A stretch of DNA of 64,000 nt from an uncultured Collinsella sp. (GTDB taxonomy: Bacteria > Actinomycetota > Coriobacteriia > Coriobacteriales > Coriobacteriaceae), in the NCBI GenBank assembly GCA_900542965.1, contig UQPY01000001.1, forward strand, positions 21,484 through 85,483, given 5' to 3'. The translations under genes and the position numbers were made by a program. Under the pieces are notes generated by a model, which searched no databases, was not told where the DNA came from, and was given only the letters and a program-made list of their open reading frames with translations. Of the stretch, positions 29,279 to 39,494 are shown piece after piece (position 1 is the first letter of the stretch; every line of letters begins with the position of its first letter).

Positions 29279-29620
29279 TTAGCGCTTCTCGGGGATGCGA
29301 GCAGCCTTGCCCACCTTGTCGCGGAGGTAGTACAGCTTGGCACGACGGACGCGACCATGACGGACGACCTCGAGCTTGGCGATCTTGGGGCTGTGAAGCG
29401 GGAAGGTACGCTCAACACCGACACCGAAGGACATCTTGCGGACGGTGAAGGTCTCGCGGGCACCGGCGCCGGCCATGCGGATGACGTCGCCCTGGAAGAC
29501 CTGGATGCGCTCGCGGTCGCCTTCCTTAATGCGGTAGTGAACCTTGACGTTGTCGGCGACGCGAACCTGAGGAATGTCCTCGCGGATCTGCTGACGCTCG
29601 ATTGCGCGGATGTAATCCAT
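29279..29620 (-). CDS. rplS: 50S ribosomal protein L19
   Basis: [37 protein letters not shown]. Confidence 0.98.
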   Translation of the reverse strand: MDYIRAIERQQIREDIPQVRVADNVKVHYRIKEGDRERIQVFQGDVIRMAGAGARETFTVRKMSFGVGVERTFPLHSPKIAKLEVVRHGRVRRAKLYYLRDKVGKAARIPEKR

Positions 29621-29763
29621 GTGCAATTCCTTACTCTTCTAGAGGTGCCGTACCACCTTGGCCGGCACGTAGTTGAACAAACGTATTCGAGTATACACGC
29701 GCGGGTTTCTGCTGCAAGAACATTTTTTTACGCAGACAAAAAGACAAAACCCGCACATGATAA

Positions 29764-29791
29764 CCGCCCGTCTCACGAATGAGACGGGCGG
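29764..29791 (-). terminator. Hairpin/terminator after ppdK
   Basis: CCGCCCGTCTCA-CGAA-TGAGACGGGCGG perfect 12-bp stem; weak U-tract. Confidence 0.6.
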
Positions 29792-29829
29792 CATGAAGGG
29801 GGCTACGTTAGGCGCCTAAACCCAGAACA

Positions 29830-32580
29830 TTAGGCGGAACGCTTGGCCTCGAGCTTGGCCTGAGCGGCAGCCAGGCGTGCGAGGGGCACGCGATAGGGCG
29901 AGCAGGACACGTAGTCCACGTCGGCCACGTTAAACAGGCCCTTGATGGACTTGGGGTCGCCGCCGTGCTCGCCGCACACGCCAAAGTGCATGTCGGGGTT
30001 GGTGGCGCGACCCTTCTCCACGGCCATACGCACGAGCTCGAGCACCGCCACGTCGATGGTCTCGAAGGGGTTGTCCTTCAAGATCTTCTTGTGCATGTAC
30101 AGCGGGATGAACTTGGCCTCGGCATCATCGCGGGAGAAGCCGAAGGTGGTCTGGGTGAGGTCGTTGGTGCCAAAGCAGAAGAAGTCTGCGTGATGGGCGA
30201 TCTCGTCAGCGACCATGCAGGCGCGCGGCAGCTCGAGCATCGTGCCCACGGGAATATTGAGCTCGACGCCCTCTTCGTCGGAAACCTCGGCGATCACGCG
30301 CTCGATGACCTCGCGGGTCTGGACATGCTCGGCCGTGATGGAAACGAGCGGAACCATGATCTCGGGGCGCGGATCGACGCCTTCCTTGATAAGACGGGCA
30401 GCAGCCGTGGCGACGGCGCGAACCTGCATGAGCGGCAGATCGCTAAAGACAACGGACAGGCGCACGCCGCGTAGGCCGAGCATGGGGTTCGACTCGACCA
30501 TGCCGTCGATACGACGCAGGCGGGCGCGCAGGACGGCAAGTTCTTCCTCGCTGGCGCCAGCGGCTTCCTTCTTGGTGATGGCGACCTCGAGCTCGCGAGG
30601 ATTATCCAGGAACTCATGAAGCGGCGGATCGAGCAGGCGGACGACCACATCGCGACCGGACATGGTCTTGAACATCGCCAGGAAGTCCTCGGTCTGAACC
30701 TTGAGCAGGTCGGCCAGGGCCTGCTGCTTCACGGCCTCATCGTCAGACAGGATAAAGCTCTGGATGATGTTCTTGCGGTCGCCCAGGAACATGTGCTCGG
30801 TGCGGCACAGGCCAATGGCCTCGGCGCCAAACTCGAGCGCGAGCGCGGCATCCTCGGGGCTGTCGGCGTTGACGCGCACATGGTTGGCATGGCCACAGGT
30901 ATCGTCCAGGCGAATCTCGTCGGCCCAGGACAGGATGGTGTCCAGGTCGCCGGTAAGCTCGGCGGAGACCAGGTCGACGGCGCCGTCGACGACGACGCCT
31001 TGGGTGCCGTCGATGGAGATGACATCGCCCTCGCGCAGCACGCGGTCGCTGCCCTCGATGCGCACGACCTTCTCGGCCGCGTCGATATGGAAGCGCTCAA
31101 CGCCGCAGACGCAGGGCGTACCCATGCCGCGGGCGATAACGGCGGCATGGCTCGTCTTGCCACCGTGGCTGGTCAGGATGCCCTCGGCGGCGACCATGCC
31201 CTTCAGGTCGTCGGGGTTGGTCTCCCAACGAACCAGAATGACCTTGTGGCCCTCGTTGGTGCGCGCGACGGCGTCGTCGCTCGAGAACACGACCTCGCCC
31301 ACAGCGGCACCGGGGCTGGCGTTCAGACCGCTGGCCAGCGCCTCGTACTTCTTAGAGGCGTCAAACTGCGGGTGCAGGAGTTGGTCGAGCTGCGCGGGAT
31401 CGATGCGGCTCACGGCCTCCTCGCGGGTGATCAGGCCCTCCTCGACCATTTCGATAGCGATGCGCAGGGCGGCGGTGGCGGTGCGCTTGCCCACGCGGGT
31501 CTGGAGCATCCAGAGCTTGCCCTGCTCGATGGTGAACTCGATATCGCACATATCGCGATAATGATCCTCGAGCGTCAGGAACACGCGCTCGAGCTCCTCA
31601 CCTGCGGACTCGAGGCCCGGGGTGGTCTTGAGGTCGGCAATGGGCTCGGTGTTGCGGATGCCGGCGACGACGTCCTCGCCCTGGGCGTTAACCAGAAAAT
31701 CGCCGTAGAACTCCTTGGTGCCGTCGGCCGGGTTGCGCGTAAAGGCGACGCCGGTCGCAGAGGTCTCGCCCTTGTTGCCAAAGGCCATGGCCTGCACGTT
31801 GACGGCGGTGCCGAGGTCGTCGGAAATGCCATGCTGCTTGCGGTAGATGCAGGCACGCTCGTTCATCCAGCTGCCAAAGACGGCCTGGATTGCAAGGCGT
31901 AGCTGAAGCTCCGGGTCGTGCGGGAAAACGGGCTTGCCATCGGCGACCTCGAGCTCGGGATACAGGGAGGCATCGACGTTCTCGGAGAAGATGCCCTTAA
32001 AGGTCTCGACGAGTTCCTGCAGATCCTCGGCCGAAAGCTCGGAATCGACGCGAACGCCGGCGACCAGACGGGCCTGGGTCAGGGCGTTCTCGAACAGGTC
32101 GGCGTCAACGCCCATGACGACATTGGAAAACATCTGGATAAAGCGGCGGTAGCTATCCCAGGCAAAACGCGGGTTCTGCGTCTGCGCGATAAGGCCCTGG
32201 ACGGAATCGTCATTGAGGCCCAAGTTGAGGACCGTGTCCATCATACCGGGCATGGAGAACGGAGCGCCCGAACGAACCGACACGAGCAGCGGATCATTAT
32301 CGTCACCGAGCTTCTTGCCGCAGCGGGCCTCGAGGTCCGCCTCGGCGGCAACGATCTCATCGAGTGCGCCCTCGGGCCACACGTTGCCGGCACCAGAGTA
32401 CTCGACGCAAGTCTGGCAGGTAATGGTAAAGCCACCGGGAACCGGCAGGCCGATACGGCTCATCTCGGCAAGGTTAGCGCCCTTGCCGCCAAGCACGAAG
32501 TTCATGGACTTGTCGCCCTCAGTGACACAGGTGCCCTGGGCGTCGGTTCCAAAACGGTAAACCCTCTTGCAATCGCTCAC
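29830..32580 (-). CDS. ppdK: Pyruvate, phosphate dikinase
   Basis: LGGKGANLAEM, SVRSGAPFSMPGMMDT, phospho-His GGKTSHAA, GLCRTEHMF, FGTNDLTQ, GVCGEHGG. Confidence 0.98.
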   Translation of the reverse strand: MSDCKRVYRFGTDAQGTCVTEGDKSMNFVLGGKGANLAEMSRIGLPVPGGFTITCQTCVEYSGAGNVWPEGALDEIVAAEADLEARCGKKLGDDNDPLLVSVRSGAPFSMPGMMDTVLNLGLNDDSVQGLIAQTQNPRFAWDSYRRFIQMFSNVVMGVDADLFENALTQARLVAGVRVDSELSAEDLQELVETFKGIFSENVDASLYPELEVADGKPVFPHDPELQLRLAIQAVFGSWMNERACIYRKQHGISDDLGTAVNVQAMAFGNKGETSATGVAFTRNPADGTKEFYGDFLVNAQGEDVVAGIRNTEPIADLKTTPGLESAGEELERVFLTLEDHYRDMCDIEFTIEQGKLWMLQTRVGKRTATAALRIAIEMVEEGLITREEAVSRIDPAQLDQLLHPQFDASKKYEALASGLNASPGAAVGEVVFSSDDAVARTNEGHKVILVRWETNPDDLKGMVAAEGILTSHGGKTSHAAVIARGMGTPCVCGVERFHIDAAEKVVRIEGSDRVLREGDVISIDGTQGVVVDGAVDLVSAELTGDLDTILSWADEIRLDDTCGHANHVRVNADSPEDAALALEFGAEAIGLCRTEHMFLGDRKNIIQSFILSDDEAVKQQALADLLKVQTEDFLAMFKTMSGRDVVVRLLDPPLHEFLDNPRELEVAITKKEAAGASEEELAVLRARLRRIDGMVESNPMLGLRGVRLSVVFSDLPLMQVRAVATAAARLIKEGVDPRPEIMVPLVSITAEHVQTREVIERVIAEVSDEEGVELNIPVGTMLELPRACMVADEIAHHADFFCFGTNDLTQTTFGFSRDDAEAKFIPLYMHKKILKDNPFETIDVAVLELVRMAVEKGRATNPDMHFGVCGEHGGDPKSIKGLFNVADVDYVSCSPYRVPLARLAAAQAKLEAKRSA

Positions 32581-32702
32581 GATACTTCCCCTTCCATGCG
32601 CTCTCGCGCACGACCGTGGTAACGAATCGACCCGCCGGATGCGGGCCGTGAGGGAACTATACGGCGGGTTTTGGGCAGGCTTGAGCAGAGGGTGCGCGGT
32701 TT

Positions 32703-32750
32703 GGTAAACGTGCTAAAACTGGCGGTAAACGGTAGGTAAAGGTGGTTACC
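32703..32750. promoter_or_regulatory. Phased G(G/C)TAAA repeats upstream of the ppdK promoter
   Basis: Copies at 32703, 32712, 32724, 32735 plus GGTTAC at 32744; minus-strand -10 TATAGT at 32656-32661. Confidence 0.45.
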
Positions 32751-32830
32751 TTATGAAGATACCACTGCAATAAAAAAGCAGGTCAAGTGCGATATTTTTG
32801 CTAAATCGCTTTATCAAAATGCTGCTACTA

Positions 32831-33697
32831 TTAGGCTTGACGGGCGGCGCGGCGGGCACGGGCTTCTTGGATTTCCTCCAAGTGGCTAATGATCTCGGCA
32901 GCGCTCTCCTCGATAGCCTTGCCGTCGGTACGCACCACAAAGCAGCCTAGCCGCTTCATGAGGGCACGAGCTTCCTCAAGCTCGCTGTGCACACTCTCGG
33001 GCTCGGCATAGGAGCCGGCAACGGCACGAGCGTAGTCATCGCCCAAGCGGCTATCGCGAATTTCGGAAATCACATCGACGGTCGAAATTAGGCCGAACAG
33101 GCGCATCGGGTCAACCTCGTAAATCGACTTCGGTGGCTCCATGCCATGGGCCAAAGGAACATTGGCAACCTTGTAACCCTGATAGGCCAAATACATCGAC
33201 AGCGGCGTCTTGGACGTGCGGGATACGCCCAGCAGCACGATATCGGCTCCCGAAAGGTCGTCGCAGCCGCGTCCATCATCGTGCTCAACGAAATATTCCA
33301 TGGCCTCGATACGATGGAAATAGCGGTCATCGGTCCTGTGAATCACGCCCGCAACGCCTTTGGGCGGCACACCGATGAGCGACGACAGCACAGCGAGCGT
33401 AGGACCGATCAGGTCGACCGAACGGATATGCAGCATGCCCAGGTAATCGAGCACGCGGGCGCGAAGCGCCGGATCGACAATGGTGTGGAACACGGCAATA
33501 TCGCGATGGTCCGCATCAACGCGCGGGCCCACAAACGACTTAACCTGCTCCACCGAGTTCACCTTGGGCAGGCGCAACAAACGAAAAGCCCCTTCATCAA
33601 ATTGCCCGGACGCCGCAAGCACCACCTCACAAGCGGTATCGCCGAGCGAGTCGGAGATAACGATAACGGTGGGACGAGCGGTGACCGGGCAATCCAT
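32831..33697 (-). CDS. PPDK/PEP synthase regulatory protein (DUF299 kinase/pyrophosphorylase, YqfL-like)
   Basis: ISDSLGDTA, HDDG, LLGVSRTSKTPLSMYLA, KVANVPL, AIEESA; next to ppdK. Confidence 0.94.
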   Translation of the reverse strand: MDCPVTARPTVIVISDSLGDTACEVVLAASGQFDEGAFRLLRLPKVNSVEQVKSFVGPRVDADHRDIAVFHTIVDPALRARVLDYLGMLHIRSVDLIGPTLAVLSSLIGVPPKGVAGVIHRTDDRYFHRIEAMEYFVEHDDGRGCDDLSGADIVLLGVSRTSKTPLSMYLAYQGYKVANVPLAHGMEPPKSIYEVDPMRLFGLISTVDVISEIRDSRLGDDYARAVAGSYAEPESVHSELEEARALMKRLGCFVVRTDGKAIEESAAEIISHLEEIQEARARRAARQA

Positions 33698-33731
33698 GCG
33701 GGGCTCCTTTTGCGCTTACGCGCAGGCTGGC

Positions 33732-35828
33732 TTACTTTTTACGAGCAAGCTCACCGATGTTGGCGATGCCGGAGAAAACGGCCTCGAAGCGGTTGAGCAG
33801 CTTAAGGCGATTATCGCGGAGCTGCTCGTCCTTGTCCATGACCATGACCTCGTCGAAGAAACGGTCGATGGGCGCGCGCAGGGCGGCGAGGGCAGCAAAT
33901 GCGGCCGGATAATCCTCGGTAGCAAGGGCGGCATCGACAGCGGTCTGAGCAGCCTCGGAGGCGTCGGCGAGCGCAAGCTCGACCTCGCCCATCAGGCTGC
34001 GGTCGTACTCCGCACCCAGCTCGGGCTTGGAGATGTGCGCGGCGCGGGCATAGGCGGTAGCCAGGTTGTCGAAGGTCTCGGCGTCGTTCTTGCGAGCCTC
34101 GTCGAGGGCGGCGCAACGGGCGAAGAAGACGGACGGGGCGATGATGTGCACCGCGGAGACGGCGGCAACGGTATCGGCCGGGATCTTTTCGTCGCGGGCC
34201 ATGCTCACCAGGCGGCCATGGAAGAAGTCACGAACCTGCTCGGCGACCTCGGCGGCGTCGAACTCAATGCCCTGCTCGCTATAGAGCTCGAGGGCGAAGT
34301 CGATGAGCGACGTGGGGTCGATCGGCAGACGGTCGCGCAGAATGTTGATGATGCCGATAGCGGCACGACGCAGCGCGTAGGGGTCGGAGGAGCCGGTCGG
34401 GGGCTCGCCGATGGCAAAGATACCGGCGATGGTATCGAGCTTGTCGGCGCAGGCCACGATGCAGCCAGCGGTGCCCTCAGGCAGCTCGTCACCGGCAAAG
34501 CGGGGACGATAGTGATCGCGGATAGCATGAGCGACCTCGTCGTTCTCCCCCATCGCGGTCGCGTAATAACCGCCCATCACGCCCTGCTGGCTCGTGAACT
34601 CGACAACGGCGTTAGACACCAGGTCGGCCTTGCACAGGTGCGCGGCGCGAGCGGCATCGGCGGCAAGGTGGGCGCCCAGATGAGCCTCGCGGGCGATAGC
34701 GAGCGCGAGCTGCTCGATGCGCTCGGACTTGGCGAGCACGCTACCGAGCTTCTCCTGGAAGGCAACCTTGGCCAGACGCTCGCGGAACTCGTCGAGGGAG
34801 ATCTTCAGGTCCTCCTCATAGAAAAACTTGGCATCGTCCAGACGGGCACGCACAACGCGCTCGTTGCCGTCGATCACGCGCTCGGCGTTCTCGGGCTTGC
34901 TGTTAGAGACGACCACGAACTCACGCGTGAGCTTGCCCTCGCCGTCATAGATCGGGAAGTAGCGCTGGTTGGTGAGCATGGACTCGCAGATAATCTCGTG
35001 CGGGACCTTGAGGAACTCCTCATCGAAGGTACCGACGAGCACCGTCGGCCACTCGCAGAGGTTAATGACCTCCTCAAAGACCTTCTTGGGCGTATCGACA
35101 TGGCAGCCGGGACGGGCAGCCTCGACCTCGGCGATACCGGCGAGGATGGCCTCACGACGACTCTCGGCAGAGAGCACGCCGGCGTCCTCGAGCACCTGCT
35201 CGTAGACGGCGGGGCTGGCAACCACATGGTCGCCAGGGCCAAGTACGCGATGACCGCGCGTGGTGTTGCCGCTCGTCACGTCGGCAAACGACACGGGCAC
35301 AACATCCTCGCCCAAAAGGCAGCAGATCCAGCGGACCGGACGAACAAAGGTCGCATGCTCGTGACCCCAGCGCTGGCTGCGGTAGTTGGGCCACTGCAGG
35401 CCGGCGATGGTCTTCTCGCACAGGGCCGTCAGGATCGGGGTAGCCGGTGCGGAGGGAATATTCTTCTCGGCGAACACATACTCGCGACCGTCGGTGTCCT
35501 CGCAACGGACCAGGTCCTCGGCAGCCACACCGCACTTGCGGGCAAAGCCCTGGGCGGCCTTGGTGGCGTTACCGTCAGCGTCGAAGGCAATGTTGGCCGC
35601 GGGGCCACGCTTGACCTCGTGAACCTCATCGGTCGCGGTGGCGACGTCGGCAACGAGTGCAGCCAGGCGACGCGGGCTCGAGATCACGCGGACCTCGCCG
35701 TGGGCCAGACCGGCCTCGTCGAGACCCTTGGCGATCATGGTGCCAAGCTGCTTGACGGCATTGTTCAGCGGTGCGGAGGGCATTTCCTCCGTACCGATCT
35801 CAAACAGGAAATCCTTAGCGTCTGCCAT
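33732..35828 (-). CDS. glyS: Glycine-tRNA ligase beta subunit
   Basis: LFEIGTEEMP, SPRRLA, FVRPVRW, GNERVVRARLDDAKFF, GSSDPYALRR. Confidence 0.97.
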   Translation of the reverse strand: MADAKDFLFEIGTEEMPSAPLNNAVKQLGTMIAKGLDEAGLAHGEVRVISSPRRLAALVADVATATDEVHEVKRGPAANIAFDADGNATKAAQGFARKCGVAAEDLVRCEDTDGREYVFAEKNIPSAPATPILTALCEKTIAGLQWPNYRSQRWGHEHATFVRPVRWICCLLGEDVVPVSFADVTSGNTTRGHRVLGPGDHVVASPAVYEQVLEDAGVLSAESRREAILAGIAEVEAARPGCHVDTPKKVFEEVINLCEWPTVLVGTFDEEFLKVPHEIICESMLTNQRYFPIYDGEGKLTREFVVVSNSKPENAERVIDGNERVVRARLDDAKFFYEEDLKISLDEFRERLAKVAFQEKLGSVLAKSERIEQLALAIAREAHLGAHLAADAARAAHLCKADLVSNAVVEFTSQQGVMGGYYATAMGENDEVAHAIRDHYRPRFAGDELPEGTAGCIVACADKLDTIAGIFAIGEPPTGSSDPYALRRAAIGIINILRDRLPIDPTSLIDFALELYSEQGIEFDAAEVAEQVRDFFHGRLVSMARDEKIPADTVAAVSAVHIIAPSVFFARCAALDEARKNDAETFDNLATAYARAAHISKPELGAEYDRSLMGEVELALADASEAAQTAVDAALATEDYPAAFAALAALRAPIDRFFDEVMVMDKDEQLRDNRLKLLNRFEAVFSGIANIGELARKK

Positions 35829-35831
35829 GGC

Positions 35832-36743
35832 TTACGCCACCTCGCCTTCCTGGTCGGCATTCTCGTTGACTCCGGCGACCTCGGCCATGTAGGCCTCGCA
35901 GCACGCCTTGGCGACGGCGCGGACGCGCAGGATGTAGTTGGCACGCTCGACCGCGGACAGCGCACCGCGGGCATCGAGCAGGTTGAAAGCGTGGCTGCAC
36001 TTCATGACGCAGTCGTACGCCGGCAGCGGCAGCTTACGCTCCAGGCAGGAGTGGCACTCGGCCTCGTAGTCATCAAACTTCTGACGCATCATCTCGACGT
36101 TGGCGACCTCAAAGTTGTAAGCGCTGAACTCGCGCTCGTTCTCGAGGAACACGTCACCGTAGGTCATGGGCGTGCCGTCGGGCAGGTAGCTCCACACCAG
36201 GTCGTAGACCGAGTTAACGCCCTGGGCGTACATGGCGATACGCTCCAGGCCGTAGGTGATCTCGACGGGCACGGGGTCGACCTCGATGCCGCCCACCTGC
36301 TGGAAGTACGTAAACTGCGTGACCTCCATGCCATTGAGCCAGACCTCCCAGCCAAGGCCCCAGGCGCCGAGCGTCGGGCTCTCCCAGTCGTCCTCGACAA
36401 AGCGGACGTCATGGTCGTTGGGGTCCAGACCGATAGCGGCAAGAGACCCCAGGTAGAGCTCCTGGGCGTTAACCGGAGAAGGCTTGATGAGCACCTGGAA
36501 CTGATAGTAGTGCTGCATGCGGTTGGGGTTCTCGCCGTAGCGGCCGTCGGCGGGACGGCGGCAGGGCTGCGCATAGCAGGTGCGCCACTCGGCGGGACCG
36601 AGCGAGCGCAGCGTGGTCGCGGTATGGAAGGTACCGGCACCGACCTCGGAGTCATAGGGCTGCATAATGACGCAGCCCTGCTCGCCCCAGTACTGCTGGA
36701 GGCGCAGGATGATGTCTTGGAAGGAAAGCGATGAAGCGTTCAT
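35832..36743 (-). CDS. glyQ: Glycine-tRNA ligase alpha subunit
   Basis: [44 protein letters not shown]. Confidence 0.98.
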   Translation of the reverse strand: MNASSLSFQDIILRLQQYWGEQGCVIMQPYDSEVGAGTFHTATTLRSLGPAEWRTCYAQPCRRPADGRYGENPNRMQHYYQFQVLIKPSPVNAQELYLGSLAAIGLDPNDHDVRFVEDDWESPTLGAWGLGWEVWLNGMEVTQFTYFQQVGGIEVDPVPVEITYGLERIAMYAQGVNSVYDLVWSYLPDGTPMTYGDVFLENEREFSAYNFEVANVEMMRQKFDDYEAECHSCLERKLPLPAYDCVMKCSHAFNLLDARGALSAVERANYILRVRAVAKACCEAYMAEVAGVNENADQEGEVA

Positions 36744-36802
36744 GCCTCTAATATCCCCTCGTCGAAACGATTACACGGTTAGGTACTGTACCATAGCGGT
36801 TT

Positions 36803-37366
36803 TTAGTCGATAGCGCCCAGACGGTTGAGCGGCCAGTAACGCACGAGCGCCACGGCGATCAATTCGGAGCGGTCGACCGGGCCAAAGTAGCGGGAGTCAG
36901 CAGAGTTCTCGCGGTTGTCGCCCATCACCCACACGCACCCGTCGGGAACGGTGTAGGGATAGCTTACCTGAGCGCCGGGCGCTTGGACCGAAAGTGGCCA
37001 GCTCATGCCCGTCGTATAGTCCTCGTCGAGCGCTTGGCCGTCAACGACCACCTTGCCATCCTGCAGGTCGACCGTCTGCCCGGCCGTGGCAATAACACGC
37101 TTGACAAGAACATCATGCTCGGAGGTGCCATCGGGGTTGTGAAACACCACGATATCGCCCTGCTTGACGGGCTGACCGAACTCGAGGCTCACCTTTTGTG
37201 CCAGGATCTGGTCGCCAATCTCGATCGTGGACTCCATGGAGCCGGTGGGCACCACAAAGGGCTCGACCACAAACGAGCGAATCAAGAAGGTGGCGACCAA
37301 TGCGATCGCGATGACCGCGATCCATTCAAAAGCGCCCCTCAACGCGGAATGCTGCGATGGAACCAT
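36803..37366 (-). CDS. lepB: Signal peptidase I
   Basis: N-terminal TM, VPTGSME, GDIVVF, LVKRVIA, MGDNRENSADSR. Confidence 0.95.
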   Translation of the reverse strand: MVPSQHSALRGAFEWIAVIAIALVATFLIRSFVVEPFVVPTGSMESTIEIGDQILAQKVSLEFGQPVKQGDIVVFHNPDGTSEHDVLVKRVIATAGQTVDLQDGKVVVDGQALDEDYTTGMSWPLSVQAPGAQVSYPYTVPDGCVWVMGDNRENSADSRYFGPVDRSELIAVALVRYWPLNRLGAID

Positions 37367-37368
37367 TC

Positions 37369-38127
37369 TCACTCCTCGCTCTGCGAATACGAAGCGTCCA
37401 AAATCTCCTGCGCGTACGTACGCTCCTGGGGCGTAAGGCGCGCCGTCTCGATCAGATCGGGACGCCAGCGGCAGGTGCGCTCGATGGCGTTCTTGCGACG
37501 CCAGGCATCGACCTTGGCGTGATCGCCACTCACGAGCACCGGCGGCACGCCCTCGCCGTTGAACTCGGCGGGACGGGTGTACTGCGCGTACTCGAGCAGG
37601 CCTCCGTCCTCGGCGGTCGAGAAGGACTCGTCGACGTTGCTCATCTCATCTCCCAGAGCGCCGGGGATGAGGCGAACAACAGCATCGGCAACGACCATAG
37701 CGGGAAGTTCGCCACCCGTAAGAACGTAGTCGCCGATCGACAGACGCTCATCGGTATACGCATACGCACGCTCGTCGACGCCCTCGTAGCGGCTGCACAC
37801 AAACAGCAGGCGCTCACTTTTGAGCAGGCGCTCGGCCACATGCTGCGTAAAGGGCTCGCCACAGGGGGTAAAGAACACTACGGTGGGCTTGGGACCCTCG
37901 GAGCTGATGGCCTCGATGGCCTCGGCAATAGGCTCGACCTTCATGAGCATGCCCTGCCCGCCGCCGTACGGCTCGTCATCGACGGTACGATGACGGTCGT
38001 GCGTCCAGTCGCGCAGGTTATACGCCTTAAAATCAAAAAGGCCGGCCTTGCGGGCGCGGCCCAAAATCGATGTGGACATGACGGGCTCAAACATCTCGGG
38101 AAAGACCGAAAGGGTCTCGATCAGCAT
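37369..38127 (-). CDS. trmD: tRNA (guanine-N1)-methyltransferase
   Basis: VDDEPYGGGQGM, RYEGVDER, SIGDYVLTGGE, YTRP. Confidence 0.97.
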   Translation of the reverse strand: MLIETLSVFPEMFEPVMSTSILGRARKAGLFDFKAYNLRDWTHDRHRTVDDEPYGGGQGMLMKVEPIAEAIEAISSEGPKPTVVFFTPCGEPFTQHVAERLLKSERLLFVCSRYEGVDERAYAYTDERLSIGDYVLTGGELPAMVVADAVVRLIPGALGDEMSNVDESFSTAEDGGLLEYAQYTRPAEFNGEGVPPVLVSGDHAKVDAWRRKNAIERTCRWRPDLIETARLTPQERTYAQEILDASYSQSEE

Positions 38128-38137
38128 GTTGTCCTCC

Positions 38138-38659
38138 CTACTTGTCCATATCGATCAGGCCGTCCATAACGTGGACGGAAATTGTTCCTGTGTCGGGAAG
38201 ATCGAGCACGACCTGCTCGATCACGGGAATCAGTACCTCGCCGTACCGATCGCCCTCGACAACCCAAACATCGTTAGCGGGCGTCGACATGATCTCGACG
38301 ATCGTGCCGAGCGAACCGAACCGCTCGTCGACCACCTCGCGACCCATCAGGTCGGTATAGGCAGCGTCGAGCGAATCGAGCTCAAAGTCGTCACGATTTG
38401 CCAGCACGTAGCATCCCGTGATGCCCTCGGCGGCCGTCAAGTCGTCAATGCCCTCAAACGAGACCAGATCGCCATCGCCCGTATCGGTGACGGACACGAC
38501 CGTGCAAAAGCGGTCGCGCTTGAGCGCCGGCGGCGTAAGAGCGACGCGCATACCCGGCTCTAATACAGAAGGAAGCCCCCGCAGCGGCTGCGCGAGAACC
38601 TCCCCCTTCCTTCCGTGCGGCTTGACCACACGGGCGATGTTTTTGTACTGGGACCTCAA
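38138..38659 (-). CDS. rimM: Ribosome maturation factor RimM
   Basis: VKPHGRKGE, PANDVWVV, VLIPVI; rpsP-khpA-rimM-trmD synteny. Confidence 0.92.
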   Translation of the reverse strand: MRSQYKNIARVVKPHGRKGEVLAQPLRGLPSVLEPGMRVALTPPALKRDRFCTVVSVTDTGDGDLVSFEGIDDLTAAEGITGCYVLANRDDFELDSLDAAYTDLMGREVVDERFGSLGTIVEIMSTPANDVWVVEGDRYGEVLIPVIEQVVLDLPDTGTISVHVMDGLIDMDK

Positions 38660-38663
38660 GGTC

Positions 38664-38948
38664 CTAGCCCAGAACCTCTACCTCGACAGCGGTGTCGAGG
38701 CGAGCGGCCAGTGCACGGGCGAGCGTGCGAATGGCCTTGATGGTACGGCCACGACGGCCGATGACCTTAGCGACGTCATCCTCGGCGACCGAAACCTCAA
38801 TCGTAGAGGCGTCGTCACCATCGATGACCTCAAGGCTCACGGAATCCGGGTCGTCGACGATCTGAACAACGAGATATTCGACGAGATCGGCGATGCGATC
38901 TGAGAGCATTGCCTCACCCTCGAGCTGTGCAGCGTCAACCTCAGGCAC
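38664..38948 (-). CDS. khpA: KH-domain RNA-binding protein KhpA
   Basis: LVEYLV..IVDDPD, KVIGRRGRTIKAIRT. Confidence 0.92.
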   Translation of the reverse strand: MPEVDAAQLEGEAMLSDRIADLVEYLVVQIVDDPDSVSLEVIDGDDASTIEVSVAEDDVAKVIGRRGRTIKAIRTLARALAARLDTAVEVEVLG

Positions 38949-38951
38949 GAT

Positions 38952-39293
38952 TTACTCCTCGGCGCCCTCAGCGGCCTCAGCGGCAGCCTTAGCGGCCTCG
39001 GCCTCTTTGGCGAGCTGCTTCTTGGACTTCTTGACGACGGTCTCGGTCTTCTCGCCCTCGTTGGCGGCCTTGACCAGAGCGACGACGGCGTCGGTGAGCT
39101 GAGCGCCCTTGGACTGCCAGTCGGCGATCTTCTCAAGGTCGAGGTTGATGGTCTTGGGGGCGGTCATCGGGTTGTAGCGGCCAACCTCCTCGATGATACG
39201 ACCGTCACGCGGGGCGCGGGAATCGGCGACGACGACACGGTAGTACGGACGCTTCTTAGCGCCGTGACGAGCAAGGCGAATCTTGACTGCCAA
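38952..39293 (-). CDS. rpsP: 30S ribosomal protein S16 with C-terminal extension
   Basis: TTG start after [38 protein letters not shown]. Confidence 0.97.
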   Translation of the reverse strand: MAVKIRLARHGAKKRPYYRVVVADSRAPRDGRIIEEVGRYNPMTAPKTINLDLEKIADWQSKGAQLTDAVVALVKAANEGEKTETVVKKSKKQLAKEAEAAKAAAEAAEGAEE

Positions 39294-39494
39294 AGGAAAC
39301 TCCTCCAACCAAGCAGCTTTAGGCTGCAACTACAAACAAACAGTTGAACATAATACGCCATCGACGCGGGCAGGTGAAGTCCGTGAGACCAACTTCTTCG
39401 GTGTAGTCGAGGGCAAATCCATATCTTAGACAAGAATTCGGGATTTGCAAGCACATACACGCACCCCACATGAGCTGCGCGGTATACTCATGAC

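Noticed and set aside
29645..29660. AAGGTGGTACGGC upstream of rplS as a T-box
   Set aside because: No room for stem I or a terminator, and the downstream gene is not amino-acid related.
33480..36734. 1084-aa plus-strand ORF
   Set aside because: Antisense shadow of glyS/glyQ; no recognisable domain.
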